The notes: generated by a model from the letters alone, not told the origin. A stretch of 64,000 bases of DNA from an uncultured Candidatus Bathyarchaeia archaeon (GCA_964559475.1 CAZLHX010000001.1:49-64048), one strand, 5' to 3'. Shown: positions 38,306 through 46,997, numbered from the stretch's first letter. A program made the numbers and translations.

Positions 38306-40650
38306 TAATCCCGTCTCCTAATCATTCTATCGAGTAGGGTAGGATCAGGCATACCAATCTTTCCTTCTTCCCAACCAGTATCTTCGAGTATTCCAAGTAT
38401 TTCCTCTTTCATCGTGAATGGAAGATCAGCCTCTCTTCTAACATAAAGATGTAAGTCATCAGGCATAGTATCATAATATCTTTTGTGAAGATCGATGTAA
38501 TGGCTTATCTTGACAGCTCTGCCTTTTGAAGTATCATTAGGCCGCATAGTTAATTTAGCTGCCATAACCATTGCTTCCTCTAGAGTTTCAGCTGCGTAAA
38601 ATAGGTGTTCAGGGGAAGGCCCAACATACATTTCCTCACCCGTCCTAGCATCATAAGTTATCCAATCTTCATCTTTATCTTTTCTTCCAAGAAGGTTTCT
38701 TCGGTATTTTGACCCATGTGGACCGACGATAACAGGTATCCCGAGTCTCCAGCAACCCGCGGCTATACTTGCAGCTTTCTGTGACATCGCCCCCCAAGCT
38801 ATACCTACGGCTCCAACACGATTATAGACATAATCAGCAATTTCCTCATAGTTAGCTCTTAATGATCGCTTAGCAAAGATATTTGCTATCTTTATTGTTG
38901 CTCCAGTTATATGCGCATTTGATACACAGCTTCCGATATTCACGAGACCTCCCGCGTCGAAGTACCCAGGGAACTTCTCGTAGAGGTTTTGACCTTCCTC
39001 ATCTTTTGTTAACGCAATATCCATAGCTGAGCAACCTGTAGCCAATACAATGAACCTTCGTTTCAAGAACTCCTCGGCTATCTTCGCAACCTCTTCTCCT
39101 CCTTTAGGATAATTTGCACATCCTACAAGTGCAACCACTCCTGGAATCTCTCCGAAAACTATTGCCCTTCCTACTTCACGAATTTCAACATCTGTGACGG
39201 CTCCTCGTCCAACCCTAATTGGATATTTTTCTGCTGTTTTCAGTTCAGTTGACGCTCTATAAAGAAAACTAACTAGCGGTATTCCTTCCGGACATGCACT
39301 CTCACATCGTCCACATCCAACACAGTAATCCTGAAGCTCGGCTAATGGTGCTAAGTTTCCTTCTCTTGCAGCCTGTACAGCATCCATTATTGGTAGACTA
39401 TTTGGACAAGCTCTGACACATTCCATGCAGTTTCTACACGTCTCTGCCAGTTCGAAGAGTTGTTCTTTTGAGAATGCCTTGAATTCTTTTCTCTTAGGAG
39501 CCATTTTTAGTGCAGTTTTTACAACTACCTCTCCAACTTTCTTAGGTTCGATTATTAATACCCCTGGGGTTTTCCCTTCCACTAAATCGTTAACTATTTC
39601 ATCAGGTGGATCATGTGTTCTGTTGGGAAGCCCTAACATGCTTTTTTCGCTTGTTGCGATTACTGGGGCACCAATTTTCCTTGCCTCATCAACAATATCT
39701 GTTCTTAAACATTGTTCATCTACGACTACGACATCTGGTATTCCGGATCTTATGTATCTTAGTTGCCAAGATATTGGTCCCATTATTTTTGCTCTTTTAT
39801 CATATCTGCTATTATCATGGGCTGTACAACATAATCCACCTACTTCTACTTCTCCAAAAAGCCCATTTTCCATTAAATAGTCGATTATGTCAACGCTTGG
39901 AAGAACATTGTGACCAATACACATGATAACTGTTTTTGATGGATCAATCGCACCAAACCCGATATCAGTCATAGGTGGATCAGCCACACCTTTAGGCATA
40001 TTTAGTGTGGATATCTGACAAATATCGGCAACTTCCATTGCTACATGGTCAAGCATACCTGCATGGAAGGCTTTCGACTCAAAATCTATATTATCACCCT
40101 CCTGTCCAGTATGGGCTGCAGCGGTTAATTGTACAAGCTGTGTTTCAACATAATCCAGAGCATCTTCGAGGTCGCTTAGTGTTCTAGGACGTATTCCACA
40201 TACAAGTCTTGTATTTGGTGCTTCCACATTTGTATTAACCGCGATATCTAACACATGATCTCGACCGTATTCTTCTAACAGGTGTTCAAGCATATGTCTT
40301 GCATGGGCACAGTGTGTTGATGCTCCTATACAACATGCAAGTAGAACAATTCTGGATTGTTGTCCAGCCATTGTTATTCCACAAGCACCTTTCTTGTCTG
40401 CTGTTAAATCACATTTCCCGAAGGTACACAGACAACAAAGGTCACAGAAAGGCATGTAAAAGGGCTTATACCTGTTGAGAAGTTTTAGATCCCACTCTCT
40501 GAGAGTACCAACTGAAGGCATAGGAGTTGGCCCCATGGGTTCTTCCCATTCTTCATCAATTATTTTTCCGATCTGTATGTCAAGTCCTTTGAAGACACCT
40601 AAATCTGATTTAAGCTCATCAATTTTTAGTCTTAGATCTTTTTTAGCCAA
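38305..40650 (-). CDS. cdhA: CODH/ACS alpha subunit (Ni-CODH catalytic subunit with inserted 2x[4Fe-4S] ferredoxin domain)
   Basis: 781 aa with PMGPTPMPS, CDLCCLCTFGKCDL and a ferredoxin insert (CRNCMECVRACP...CVGCGRCESACP). TTG start with GGAG 8 nt upstream. Confidence 0.93.
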   Translation of the reverse strand: MAKKDLRLKIDELKSDLGVFKGLDIQIGKIIDEEWEEPMGPTPMPSVGTLREWDLKLLNRYKPFYMPFCDLCCLCTFGKCDLTADKKGACGITMAGQQSRIVLLACCIGASTHCAHARHMLEHLLEEYGRDHVLDIAVNTNVEAPNTRLVCGIRPRTLSDLEDALDYVETQLVQLTAAAHTGQEGDNIDFESKAFHAGMLDHVAMEVADICQISTLNMPKGVADPPMTDIGFGAIDPSKTVIMCIGHNVLPSVDIIDYLMENGLFGEVEVGGLCCTAHDNSRYDKRAKIMGPISWQLRYIRSGIPDVVVVDEQCLRTDIVDEARKIGAPVIATSEKSMLGLPNRTHDPPDEIVNDLVEGKTPGVLIIEPKKVGEVVVKTALKMAPKRKEFKAFSKEQLFELAETCRNCMECVRACPNSLPIMDAVQAAREGNLAPLAELQDYCVGCGRCESACPEGIPLVSFLYRASTELKTAEKYPIRVGRGAVTDVEIREVGRAIVFGEIPGVVALVGCANYPKGGEEVAKIAEEFLKRRFIVLATGCSAMDIALTKDEEGQNLYEKFPGYFDAGGLVNIGSCVSNAHITGATIKIANIFAKRSLRANYEEIADYVYNRVGAVGIAWGAMSQKAASIAAGCWRLGIPVIVGPHGSKYRRNLLGRKDKDEDWITYDARTGEEMYVGPSPEHLFYAAETLEEAMVMAAKLTMRPNDTSKGRAVKISHYIDLHKRYYDTMPDDLHLYVRREADLPFTMKEEILGILEDTGWEEGKIGMPDPTLLDRMIRRRD

Positions 40651-40664
40651 AATTCCATCTCCTT

Positions 40665-40681
40665 ATCACGTTTAACGTGAT
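40665..40681. promoter_or_regulatory. 17-nt palindrome atcacgtt-t-aacgtgat between a TATA-like element and the cdhA ribosome-binding site (candidate operator or 5' UTR hairpin)
   Basis: Read from the sequence in the 146-bp divergent cdhA/metF intergenic region. On the cdhA strand the order is ctataaat, then the palindrome, then aaGGAGatgg, then TTG. Confidence 0.35.
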
Positions 40682-40796
40682 TTATAGCATTTGTTATTTA
40701 TAATATGTATGAAACCTTTGATTCATATATTTTTCAATAAAAAAATAAACAAATAATTCTAAAAACCACCGTGTATCTAAGAGTGTGTGATGTCAA

Positions 40797-41720
40797 ATGA
40801 CTCAAAGACCGGCTTATAGTCAGTTAGTAAAGGATATTCGGAAGGGTAAATTTGTTCTAACAGGTGAACTTGAGCCAGAGAAGGTAACTAGCCTAGAAGA
40901 AATTATTCACAGTGCTAAAGCAATGAAACCTTACGTAGTCGCTGCAAACGTAACAGATAACCCATTAGCATATGCCTACATGAACAGTCTAATACCATCT
41001 TGGAAAGTTCAAGAAGAAGTAGGACTCGAGACAGTCTATCAAGTGACTGTAAGAGACCGTAATCGCCTAGCATTAACTTCTGATATTCTTGCAGCAGCTC
41101 ATCTTGGTATTAAAAATGTTCTCGCGCTTTCTGGAGATCATACAGTACTGGGAGATAACAGACAAGCTAATTCAGTGTACGATATTGATTCGGCTCAGTT
41201 CGTATACTTATTAGGTAAAATGATTGACGAAGGTGAAGATCTCGCAGGCAACGAAATTCATGGAGATGTAAATATTAACGTGGGTATTGCGGCAAACCCT
41301 AACGCCAATCCTTTGATGCCTGAAGTCCTTAAAATTGGTAGGAAGACGAAGATTGGATCAGATTTTATACAAACCCAGACCATGTTCGATATCGATAGGA
41401 CAAAAGAATTTCTGAAAGAAATGGAGAAGTATAAAACACCAGTATTGGTAGGTATATTCCCACTCAAAGGATTCACCATCGCTGACTTTTTTGATAAGTA
41501 TATACCTGGAGTGTCTGTTCCTCAGGAGTTAATGGAGAACATGTATAAAGCCAAACAAGAACCTGACTCTGAGATTCGTAAACAAAAATATGATGAGGTA
41601 AACCTAGAATTCTTCAGGCCATTCATTAAAGAGATACATAAAACAACTCATGCAGCTGGTATACACGTAATGGCTGTATTATATGAAAGAATCTTTGACC
41701 CGTTATTGGAGGCTTTCTAA
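40797..41720 (+). CDS. metF: Methylenetetrahydrofolate reductase-like protein (acetogen-type MetF)
   Basis: 307 aa with a TIM-barrel MTHFR fold (VLTGELEP, VTDNP, LALSGDH, FIQTQ). Confidence 0.85.
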   Translation: MTQRPAYSQLVKDIRKGKFVLTGELEPEKVTSLEEIIHSAKAMKPYVVAANVTDNPLAYAYMNSLIPSWKVQEEVGLETVYQVTVRDRNRLALTSDILAAAHLGIKNVLALSGDHTVLGDNRQANSVYDIDSAQFVYLLGKMIDEGEDLAGNEIHGDVNINVGIAANPNANPLMPEVLKIGRKTKIGSDFIQTQTMFDIDRTKEFLKEMEKYKTPVLVGIFPLKGFTIADFFDKYIPGVSVPQELMENMYKAKQEPDSEIRKQKYDEVNLEFFRPFIKEIHKTTHAAGIHVMAVLYERIFDPLLEAF

Positions 41721-41721
41721 G

Positions 41722-42357
41722 ATGATAATTACTGAGCAAAAACCCTTTGAAAAAGTCTCAGAGATGATTGATCAATACAAAAAGATCTTCATCGTGGGAT
41801 GTGGAACCTGCAGCACCAGTTGTCAGACTGGTGGAGAAGAAGAAGTCAAAGAGATGGCTGAAAAACTAGGAGACAGAGTAAACGGATGGGCCATGGTAGA
41901 GGACCCATGTGACTTAAGGCTTGACCGCAGAGATCTAAGAGACTATAAAAAGGAGATTGCTGAATCTGATGCAGTCTTAGTTATGGCATGTGGTGCAGGC
42001 GTTCAGACTGTAAGTGATTTCACTAAAAAGATAACATTACCGGCTCTAAATACGCTATTCATCGGTCAGACTGAGAGACTTGGAAAATTCCATGATACCT
42101 GTAAGGCTTGTGGAGACTGTATCCTCGATGAAACAGGGGGAGTCTGCCCCATTACCAGGTGCGCTAAAGGTCTGTTGAATGGTCCCTGTGGAGGACAGGT
42201 AGATGGAAAATGCGAGGTAGGGGACTATGAGAACGAGTGCGCGTGGATACAGATCTATGATAGATTGGAAGAACAAGGTAGACTGGATCTTTTCACAACA
42301 TTCAGACCACCAAGAGACTTCTCTAAAAAGACTCTGAAAATGCACCACTATTTCTAA
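41722..42357 (+). CDS. metV: MetV-like Cys-rich MTHFR-associated subunit
   Basis: About 211 aa from the ATG at 41722, 1 nt after the metF stop. Cys clusters are GCGTCSTSC, CKACGDC, CPITRCAKGLLNGPCGG and KCE..x..ECAW. Confidence 0.8.
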   Translation: MIITEQKPFEKVSEMIDQYKKIFIVGCGTCSTSCQTGGEEEVKEMAEKLGDRVNGWAMVEDPCDLRLDRRDLRDYKKEIAESDAVLVMACGAGVQTVSDFTKKITLPALNTLFIGQTERLGKFHDTCKACGDCILDETGGVCPITRCAKGLLNGPCGGQVDGKCEVGDYENECAWIQIYDRLEEQGRLDLFTTFRPPRDFSKKTLKMHHYF

Positions 42358-42899
42358 TCCACTAATATATTTTTTAGAGCTTTTTTTATCTTATCAGGAC
42401 TCTCTAATACAGATATTCCATCCATTTCTTCAAGTTTTCTGACATTCAGCACATCTTCTTTTCTTACTCTCAACCTCAAAGTTTTTCCGTTAGGAAGAAC
42501 TGTTACCGTTTCTCCTTCGCGGAAGTCAGTAGGCATAATATAAACAGGAACATATCCCTTTATGCCTTGTATAATAGCATTTGTAAGAAGAGTATCAGAT
42601 ATTCCAACAGCAATTTTTGCCACTGTATTGCTCGTTGCGGGGGCAATTAAAAGTAAGTCGAACTCCTTCATCTGTAGACGACCGGTTAGAAATGGTGTAT
42701 TTGCATCTTTTTCTATCCAAACCTTATCAAAAGAGGCCCCCAAATCCTCGTAAATTTTGTAGTATTTTGATACAAGGTAACCAGCTTCCGATAAATAAAT
42801 CTCTACAATTAATTGTTTTTCTTGTTTGATGCTCTTTAAAATTTCAACTGTTTCTAGAAGTTTATCTCCTCCGCCAGTTATCCCCCAAGCAATCTTCAT
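42354..42899 (-). CDS. Archaeal flavoprotein AfpA/DmrB-like (PF02441-type flavoprotein)
   Basis: 181 aa with KIAWGITGGGD and LLIAPATSNTVAKIAVGISDTLLTNA. Its stop codon overlaps the metV stop codon on the opposite strand. Confidence 0.7.
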   Translation of the reverse strand: MKIAWGITGGGDKLLETVEILKSIKQEKQLIVEIYLSEAGYLVSKYYKIYEDLGASFDKVWIEKDANTPFLTGRLQMKEFDLLLIAPATSNTVAKIAVGISDTLLTNAIIQGIKGYVPVYIMPTDFREGETVTVLPNGKTLRLRVRKEDVLNVRKLEEMDGISVLESPDKIKKALKNILVD

Positions 42900-43534
42900 C
42901 TACTATTCTCCAAGTATTCGATTAGATGTTTTACAGTTTTATTCACAGTTTTCATGCCATATTTATCCTGTTTTATTCCTTCCATGGAATCCTTTGACCA
43001 TAAGGATGCCCCAAGATTGGCGCCATATGCTCCACCGCTCAAGGGAATTGCCTCAGTTAGTAGGTAAAAAGAGTGGAGCTGAAGTAATGCTAATTCTTGT
43101 CCTCCTGCCCGGTCCCCGCCTACTGCAATTGCTATACATGGTTTATTTTTTAATGCCTCAGGGTTTTTGGAGAATAGTGCTCTGGTTCTATCTAAGACTG
43201 CTTTGAGTTGTGCACTTACTCCTCCGTTGTATACAGGGGTTGCCATTATTATGGCTTCAGCTTCCTCAATCATAGGATAAAGATCCTGTATATCATCTTT
43301 GATGATACATTTTTTCTCTTTTAGACAAAAATCACAATGTATACAAAACCCGATTTTTTTACCCTTTACACTCCAGAATACTGTATCATATCCTTCATCT
43401 TCAAGGGTGATCAATGATTTTTTAAGTACATATTCTGTTGTTCTTGCTCTGGGGCTACCACATAACCCGAGGATCATAAGAATTCTATCACTCCGGGAGG
43501 TAAAATATTTACTAAAATCAGGATTCAAATACAT
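42896..43534 (-). CDS. Iron-sulfur flavoprotein (Isf-like NADPH-dependent FMN reductase fold with a compact Cys cluster)
   Basis: 212 aa with ILGLCGSPR and the cluster motif CIHCDFCLKEKKC. Confidence 0.7.
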   Translation of the reverse strand: MYLNPDFSKYFTSRSDRILMILGLCGSPRARTTEYVLKKSLITLEDEGYDTVFWSVKGKKIGFCIHCDFCLKEKKCIIKDDIQDLYPMIEEAEAIIMATPVYNGGVSAQLKAVLDRTRALFSKNPEALKNKPCIAIAVGGDRAGGQELALLQLHSFYLLTEAIPLSGGAYGANLGASLWSKDSMEGIKQDKYGMKTVNKTVKHLIEYLENSR

Positions 43535-43592
43535 AAAATTTTTCTAAGAGCTTATTTTACTGCTATTTCAGCATTCAATTTTATATAATTAA

Positions 43593-43871
43593 ATGATAAT
43601 ATTTCTAGTGGTTAAGTTGACAGAGGAAAGCCCCAAAAAGGAAGAAAGAATTTACACTTGTCCTCTCTGTGGCTGTGAGAAAAACAGCAAGAAACAAATG
43701 GACTTTCATCTAAAGTATGGGCACTCCAGATACTATGAGCTTGTTACAACAGAGACACCTGTTGTGGATCTTGAAGCCAAACTACAGAATCTTCTAGAAG
43801 AAAAGGAAGAACTAGAAGAAGAGATAGATGTCATTCGCGCCATAATTCAAGAAAAAAGGACAACCAATTAG
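43593..43871 (+). CDS. Small C2H2-type zinc-finger protein with an acidic coiled-coil tail
   Basis: 92 aa. YTCPLCGCEKNSKKQMDFHLKYGH has C-x2-C-x12-H-x4-H spacing. The true start may lie a few codons inside the ORF. Confidence 0.5.
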   Translation: MIIFLVVKLTEESPKKEERIYTCPLCGCEKNSKKQMDFHLKYGHSRYYELVTTETPVVDLEAKLQNLLEEKEELEEEIDVIRAIIQEKRTTN

Positions 43872-43953
43872 CAATTTTTTTTTAAACCTCTCTAAAGTTA
43901 TCTTATTTCTTTAGGTTTATTATGCAGGGTTCCTTAATGAAAAATGGATTAAG

Positions 43954-44460
43954 ATGGATAAAAAAGAAATTATTGAGAGACTAAATAAGTTAGCAGATAT
44001 AGAAGAGGAATATGCTCTAAAACTTAATGACGTCACTGGTTTTGGAAATGAACAAGTTATGATGCTCATTAAATCGATTGGTTATGATAGTCAAAAACAT
44101 GCTGGACTTTACAGAGCTGCAGCAAATATCTTGGAAGGTAAGAGCATGAGCATTATGGGTTCAGAAATAGAGGACTTGGAAAATGACTTGAAGGATCATG
44201 TTCGTGTTGAAAAACAGATGATCAGACAGGTAAAAGAGATAAAAAATGAAATTAAGGATGATAGGGTTAAAGCTCTTTTAGAAGTTATCGAAACAGATGA
44301 AGAATATCATCATCCATTAATGGAAAAGATCCTAGAGATTGTTCTGAAGCCTGAGATATTAGAGGATGAAGAGGTCTGGAAGATGATGGTAGGATATCTA
44401 CCTCGACACGGGCACGTTCTAGATCCCTATGCTGATCTTGATTACAAGGGCACTAGTTAA
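43954..44460 (+). CDS. Hypothetical all-helical protein, possibly a ferritin-like four-helix bundle
   Basis: 168-aa ORF. EEEYA and DEEYHH motifs weakly suggest a di-metal bundle. Confidence 0.3.
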   Translation: MDKKEIIERLNKLADIEEEYALKLNDVTGFGNEQVMMLIKSIGYDSQKHAGLYRAAANILEGKSMSIMGSEIEDLENDLKDHVRVEKQMIRQVKEIKNEIKDDRVKALLEVIETDEEYHHPLMEKILEIVLKPEILEDEEVWKMMVGYLPRHGHVLDPYADLDYKGTS

Positions 44461-46025
44461 TTTTTTATTATTTTACCATTTTTTAAACCAGTAAATTTCC
44501 CATTTTTTACTGATAGTTCACCGGAAACTAGAATATGTTTTATACCTTCAGGAAATTGACGAGGTTCTTCAAATGTTGAGGTATCCTTGACTTTATTCGG
44601 ATCGAAAACCACTAAATCAGCTATATAATCTGATAAGATGTATCCTCTTTTCCCGAGATTGAATACTCTAGCGGGATAGCTTGTCATTCTTCTAACTGCC
44701 TCCTCTATTCTTAGGATTTTTTGTTCCCTAGCATAATGACTTAAGACTCTCGGGAAAGCACCATAAGCTCTTGGATGAGGTTTACCAAGTAATAATCCAT
44801 CTGTGCATACCATCCCCAAGGGATTTTTTATAATTCGTTTTACATCTTCTTCGCTCATTGTGAAGCTTGCCATTGAAGCCATGTTTTTTTCCTCAATTAT
44901 TAAGTCCATTAAAGTGTATATGGGGGACTTTTCGCGAATTTTAGATATTTCTTCCAGACTCTTCCCCTCAATATTTTTGTTTTTAGAAGACCCAACATAA
45001 GTAACTAGGACCTTGTCCCAGTTAGTAGCTCTACCACTTTCGAGTTTTTCCCCATATTCCTCTTTTATTTTCTCCCGGATACTTGGTTCCTCGAGTTTTT
45101 TAAGCATCTTTTCCACTCCGCCTTCATGGACCCAGGAGGGGAGGAGGCTACTAAGGAAGGTGCTGCCTGCCGTGTAAGGATACTGATCATATGAGATTTG
45201 GATGCCTTTAGCTTTCGCTTCTTCGAGCTTTTGTAAAGCTTGCTTTGATTTTCCCCAATTACTTTTCCCTCCAGCTTTAAAGTGACTAATATGTGCATGA
45301 ACTCCTGATTCCTCGGCTATCTGAATCACTTCATCTATACTTTCCAGAAGTCTATCTCCTTCATCTCTCATATGAATTACAAAAACACCAGCGTATTCAG
45401 CTACCAATTTACAAAGCTCAATTAATTCCCTTGTATCAGCGTAGACGCAGGGAGCGTAGATCATTCCTGTACTCATGCCTATTGCTCCATCTTCAAGGCT
45501 TTCTTTTAGAAGGCTTTTCATTTCTTCTAGTTCAGATACTGTAGGCTTTTTGTCATCCATTCCCATCGCTAATAGTCGAAGATTTCCATGCCCAACTAGA
45601 CTGGCGACGTTGACGGCTGGTTTTGATTCTTCAAGTACCTTTAAATAATCTCGAAATTTCTCCCAGCTCCATTTAATTGGAGGATCACCATTGAGCCCGG
45701 AGAGGTACTTTCTCCATTCTTCTAGATGTTCTTGGTTTATTGGTGCTTCTCCTAACCCGTCTTGTCCAATTATCTCTGTTGTTATACCCTGCATTATCTT
45801 TTGGAGAGATTCCGGTTCATGTATTAAATAGAGGTCTGAGTGGCTATGAGTGTCAATAAACCCAGGCGCTACTATAAGCCCCTCTATATCGAGAACTTCT
45901 TTTGCTTCAAGATTTAATTTACCAATTTTTACTATTTTGCAGTCTTCTATTGCAATATCGCTCTTATAGCTGGGATTACCTGTCCCATCAATAATTATTC
46001 CATTTTTTAGGACTATATCAAACAT
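44457..46025 (-). CDS. N-acyl-D-amino-acid deacylase (D-aminoacylase) family amidohydrolase
   Basis: 522 aa. FDIVLKNGIIIDGTG and GFIDTHSHSD match, and the C-terminal beta-sandwich is typical. Confidence 0.85.
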   Translation of the reverse strand: MFDIVLKNGIIIDGTGNPSYKSDIAIEDCKIVKIGKLNLEAKEVLDIEGLIVAPGFIDTHSHSDLYLIHEPESLQKIMQGITTEIIGQDGLGEAPINQEHLEEWRKYLSGLNGDPPIKWSWEKFRDYLKVLEESKPAVNVASLVGHGNLRLLAMGMDDKKPTVSELEEMKSLLKESLEDGAIGMSTGMIYAPCVYADTRELIELCKLVAEYAGVFVIHMRDEGDRLLESIDEVIQIAEESGVHAHISHFKAGGKSNWGKSKQALQKLEEAKAKGIQISYDQYPYTAGSTFLSSLLPSWVHEGGVEKMLKKLEEPSIREKIKEEYGEKLESGRATNWDKVLVTYVGSSKNKNIEGKSLEEISKIREKSPIYTLMDLIIEEKNMASMASFTMSEEDVKRIIKNPLGMVCTDGLLLGKPHPRAYGAFPRVLSHYAREQKILRIEEAVRRMTSYPARVFNLGKRGYILSDYIADLVVFDPNKVKDTSTFEEPRQFPEGIKHILVSGELSVKNGKFTGLKNGKIIKN

Positions 46026-46062
46026 AGATAATAATTGTATAAGGGATTAAAGAAATGTGAGA

Positions 46063-46911
46063 TCAGGAGTAACTTGGTAGAACCTCTGAGACGAAGTCTT
46101 CCATTGATTTCTCAATTGTTTCACGTGGAAAAGCTATTGTGAAGTAGGTTGCAACAAAGTTGAGTGCATCCTCGATCCTATTTATTATCTCTTGTCTTTT
46201 GTATTGTTGTGATCCCATATATCCGAGCATGAATTCTACATCGTTTACTCGATTGTATATCTCGGCTGACTCAAGTACAGTCTTTTTAATCTCGTCCCCC
46301 CTTTCTTCAGCCCATGGCGGAATAAAGCAAATATGTCCGTATTTTCCTGTTAGTTTTAGCATGCGTTTTCCCTGACTCCCAAACAGTAATTGAGGATACG
46401 GTTCCTGAACGGGTTTGGGTTGGAGCACGGCTTTTTTGATGTTATAGAATTTACTGCTGGAGGTTACTTCATCTTCAGCCCAGAGTCGGGTCATGATCTC
46501 TAATGCTTCTATAGTCTTATCTACTCGGTATTTTGCGTCTCCCCATTTGCTATATCCCTCGAATTCAACTTTTGACCAGCCAGCCCCAACCCCTAGAACC
46601 ACTCGACCTTTTGATAAAATATCTAAAGTGGATAATCGTTTAGCCAAGATTCCGGGGTGCCTAAAAGGCAAAGGAGATACAAGGGTACCTAATTTGATTT
46701 GGCTTGTTTTTCCTGCCAGATAGGAAAGTGTTGTCCAAGTCTCAAGAGTATTATATGGATTTTCCATACTATGACCGATCTCTGGACCCCACATATAGTG
46801 GTCGGGCATTAAGGCTCCATCCAGACATAGCTGGTCTGCCTTTATAACAGAGTTGATAATATGTTCTTTGTTTTCAGCTAGGTTTCCTAGCCCTGTTAAG
46901 AAGAAATTCAT
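46063..46911 (-). CDS. LLM-class (luciferase-like) flavin/F420-dependent oxidoreductase
   Basis: 282 aa with MPDHY, KLGTLVSPLPFRHP and LSTLDILSKGRVVLGVGAGW. Confidence 0.8.
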   Translation of the reverse strand: MNFFLTGLGNLAENKEHIINSVIKADQLCLDGALMPDHYMWGPEIGHSMENPYNTLETWTTLSYLAGKTSQIKLGTLVSPLPFRHPGILAKRLSTLDILSKGRVVLGVGAGWSKVEFEGYSKWGDAKYRVDKTIEALEIMTRLWAEDEVTSSSKFYNIKKAVLQPKPVQEPYPQLLFGSQGKRMLKLTGKYGHICFIPPWAEERGDEIKKTVLESAEIYNRVNDVEFMLGYMGSQQYKRQEIINRIEDALNFVATYFTIAFPRETIEKSMEDFVSEVLPSYS

Positions 46912-46997
46912 ATAATCGGATTAGAAGAGATTGGGTTATTTAAGGAGTGTAATCTTGAAGACATAAATATCATTAGACATGAATATTCTTGATTGAA

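Noticed and set aside
39425-39926. Two plus-strand ORFs of 151 and 106 aa lie inside cdhA.
   Set aside because: They are antisense shadows of a highly conserved CODH alpha subunit, and their translations are low-complexity and Ser/Leu-rich. The same reasoning applies to 15009..15428 (in RACo), 49437..49832 (in rtcB), 59643..60086 (in phr), 12373..13026 (in the MFS gene), 10438..11029, 19000..20275, 28272..28617 and 62349..63083.
41683-41721. A 13-codon N-terminal extension of metV that overlaps metF.
   Set aside because: An ATG at 41722, directly after the metF stop, gives the typical MetV N-terminus. The extension lies within the metF coding sequence.
46063-46911. The LLM-family oxidoreductase as the missing Mer (methylene-H4MPT reductase).
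   Set aside because: It shares only the generic LLM family motifs, is about 40 aa shorter than Mer, and is not clustered with the C1 genes. It cannot be called Mer without a phylogeny.
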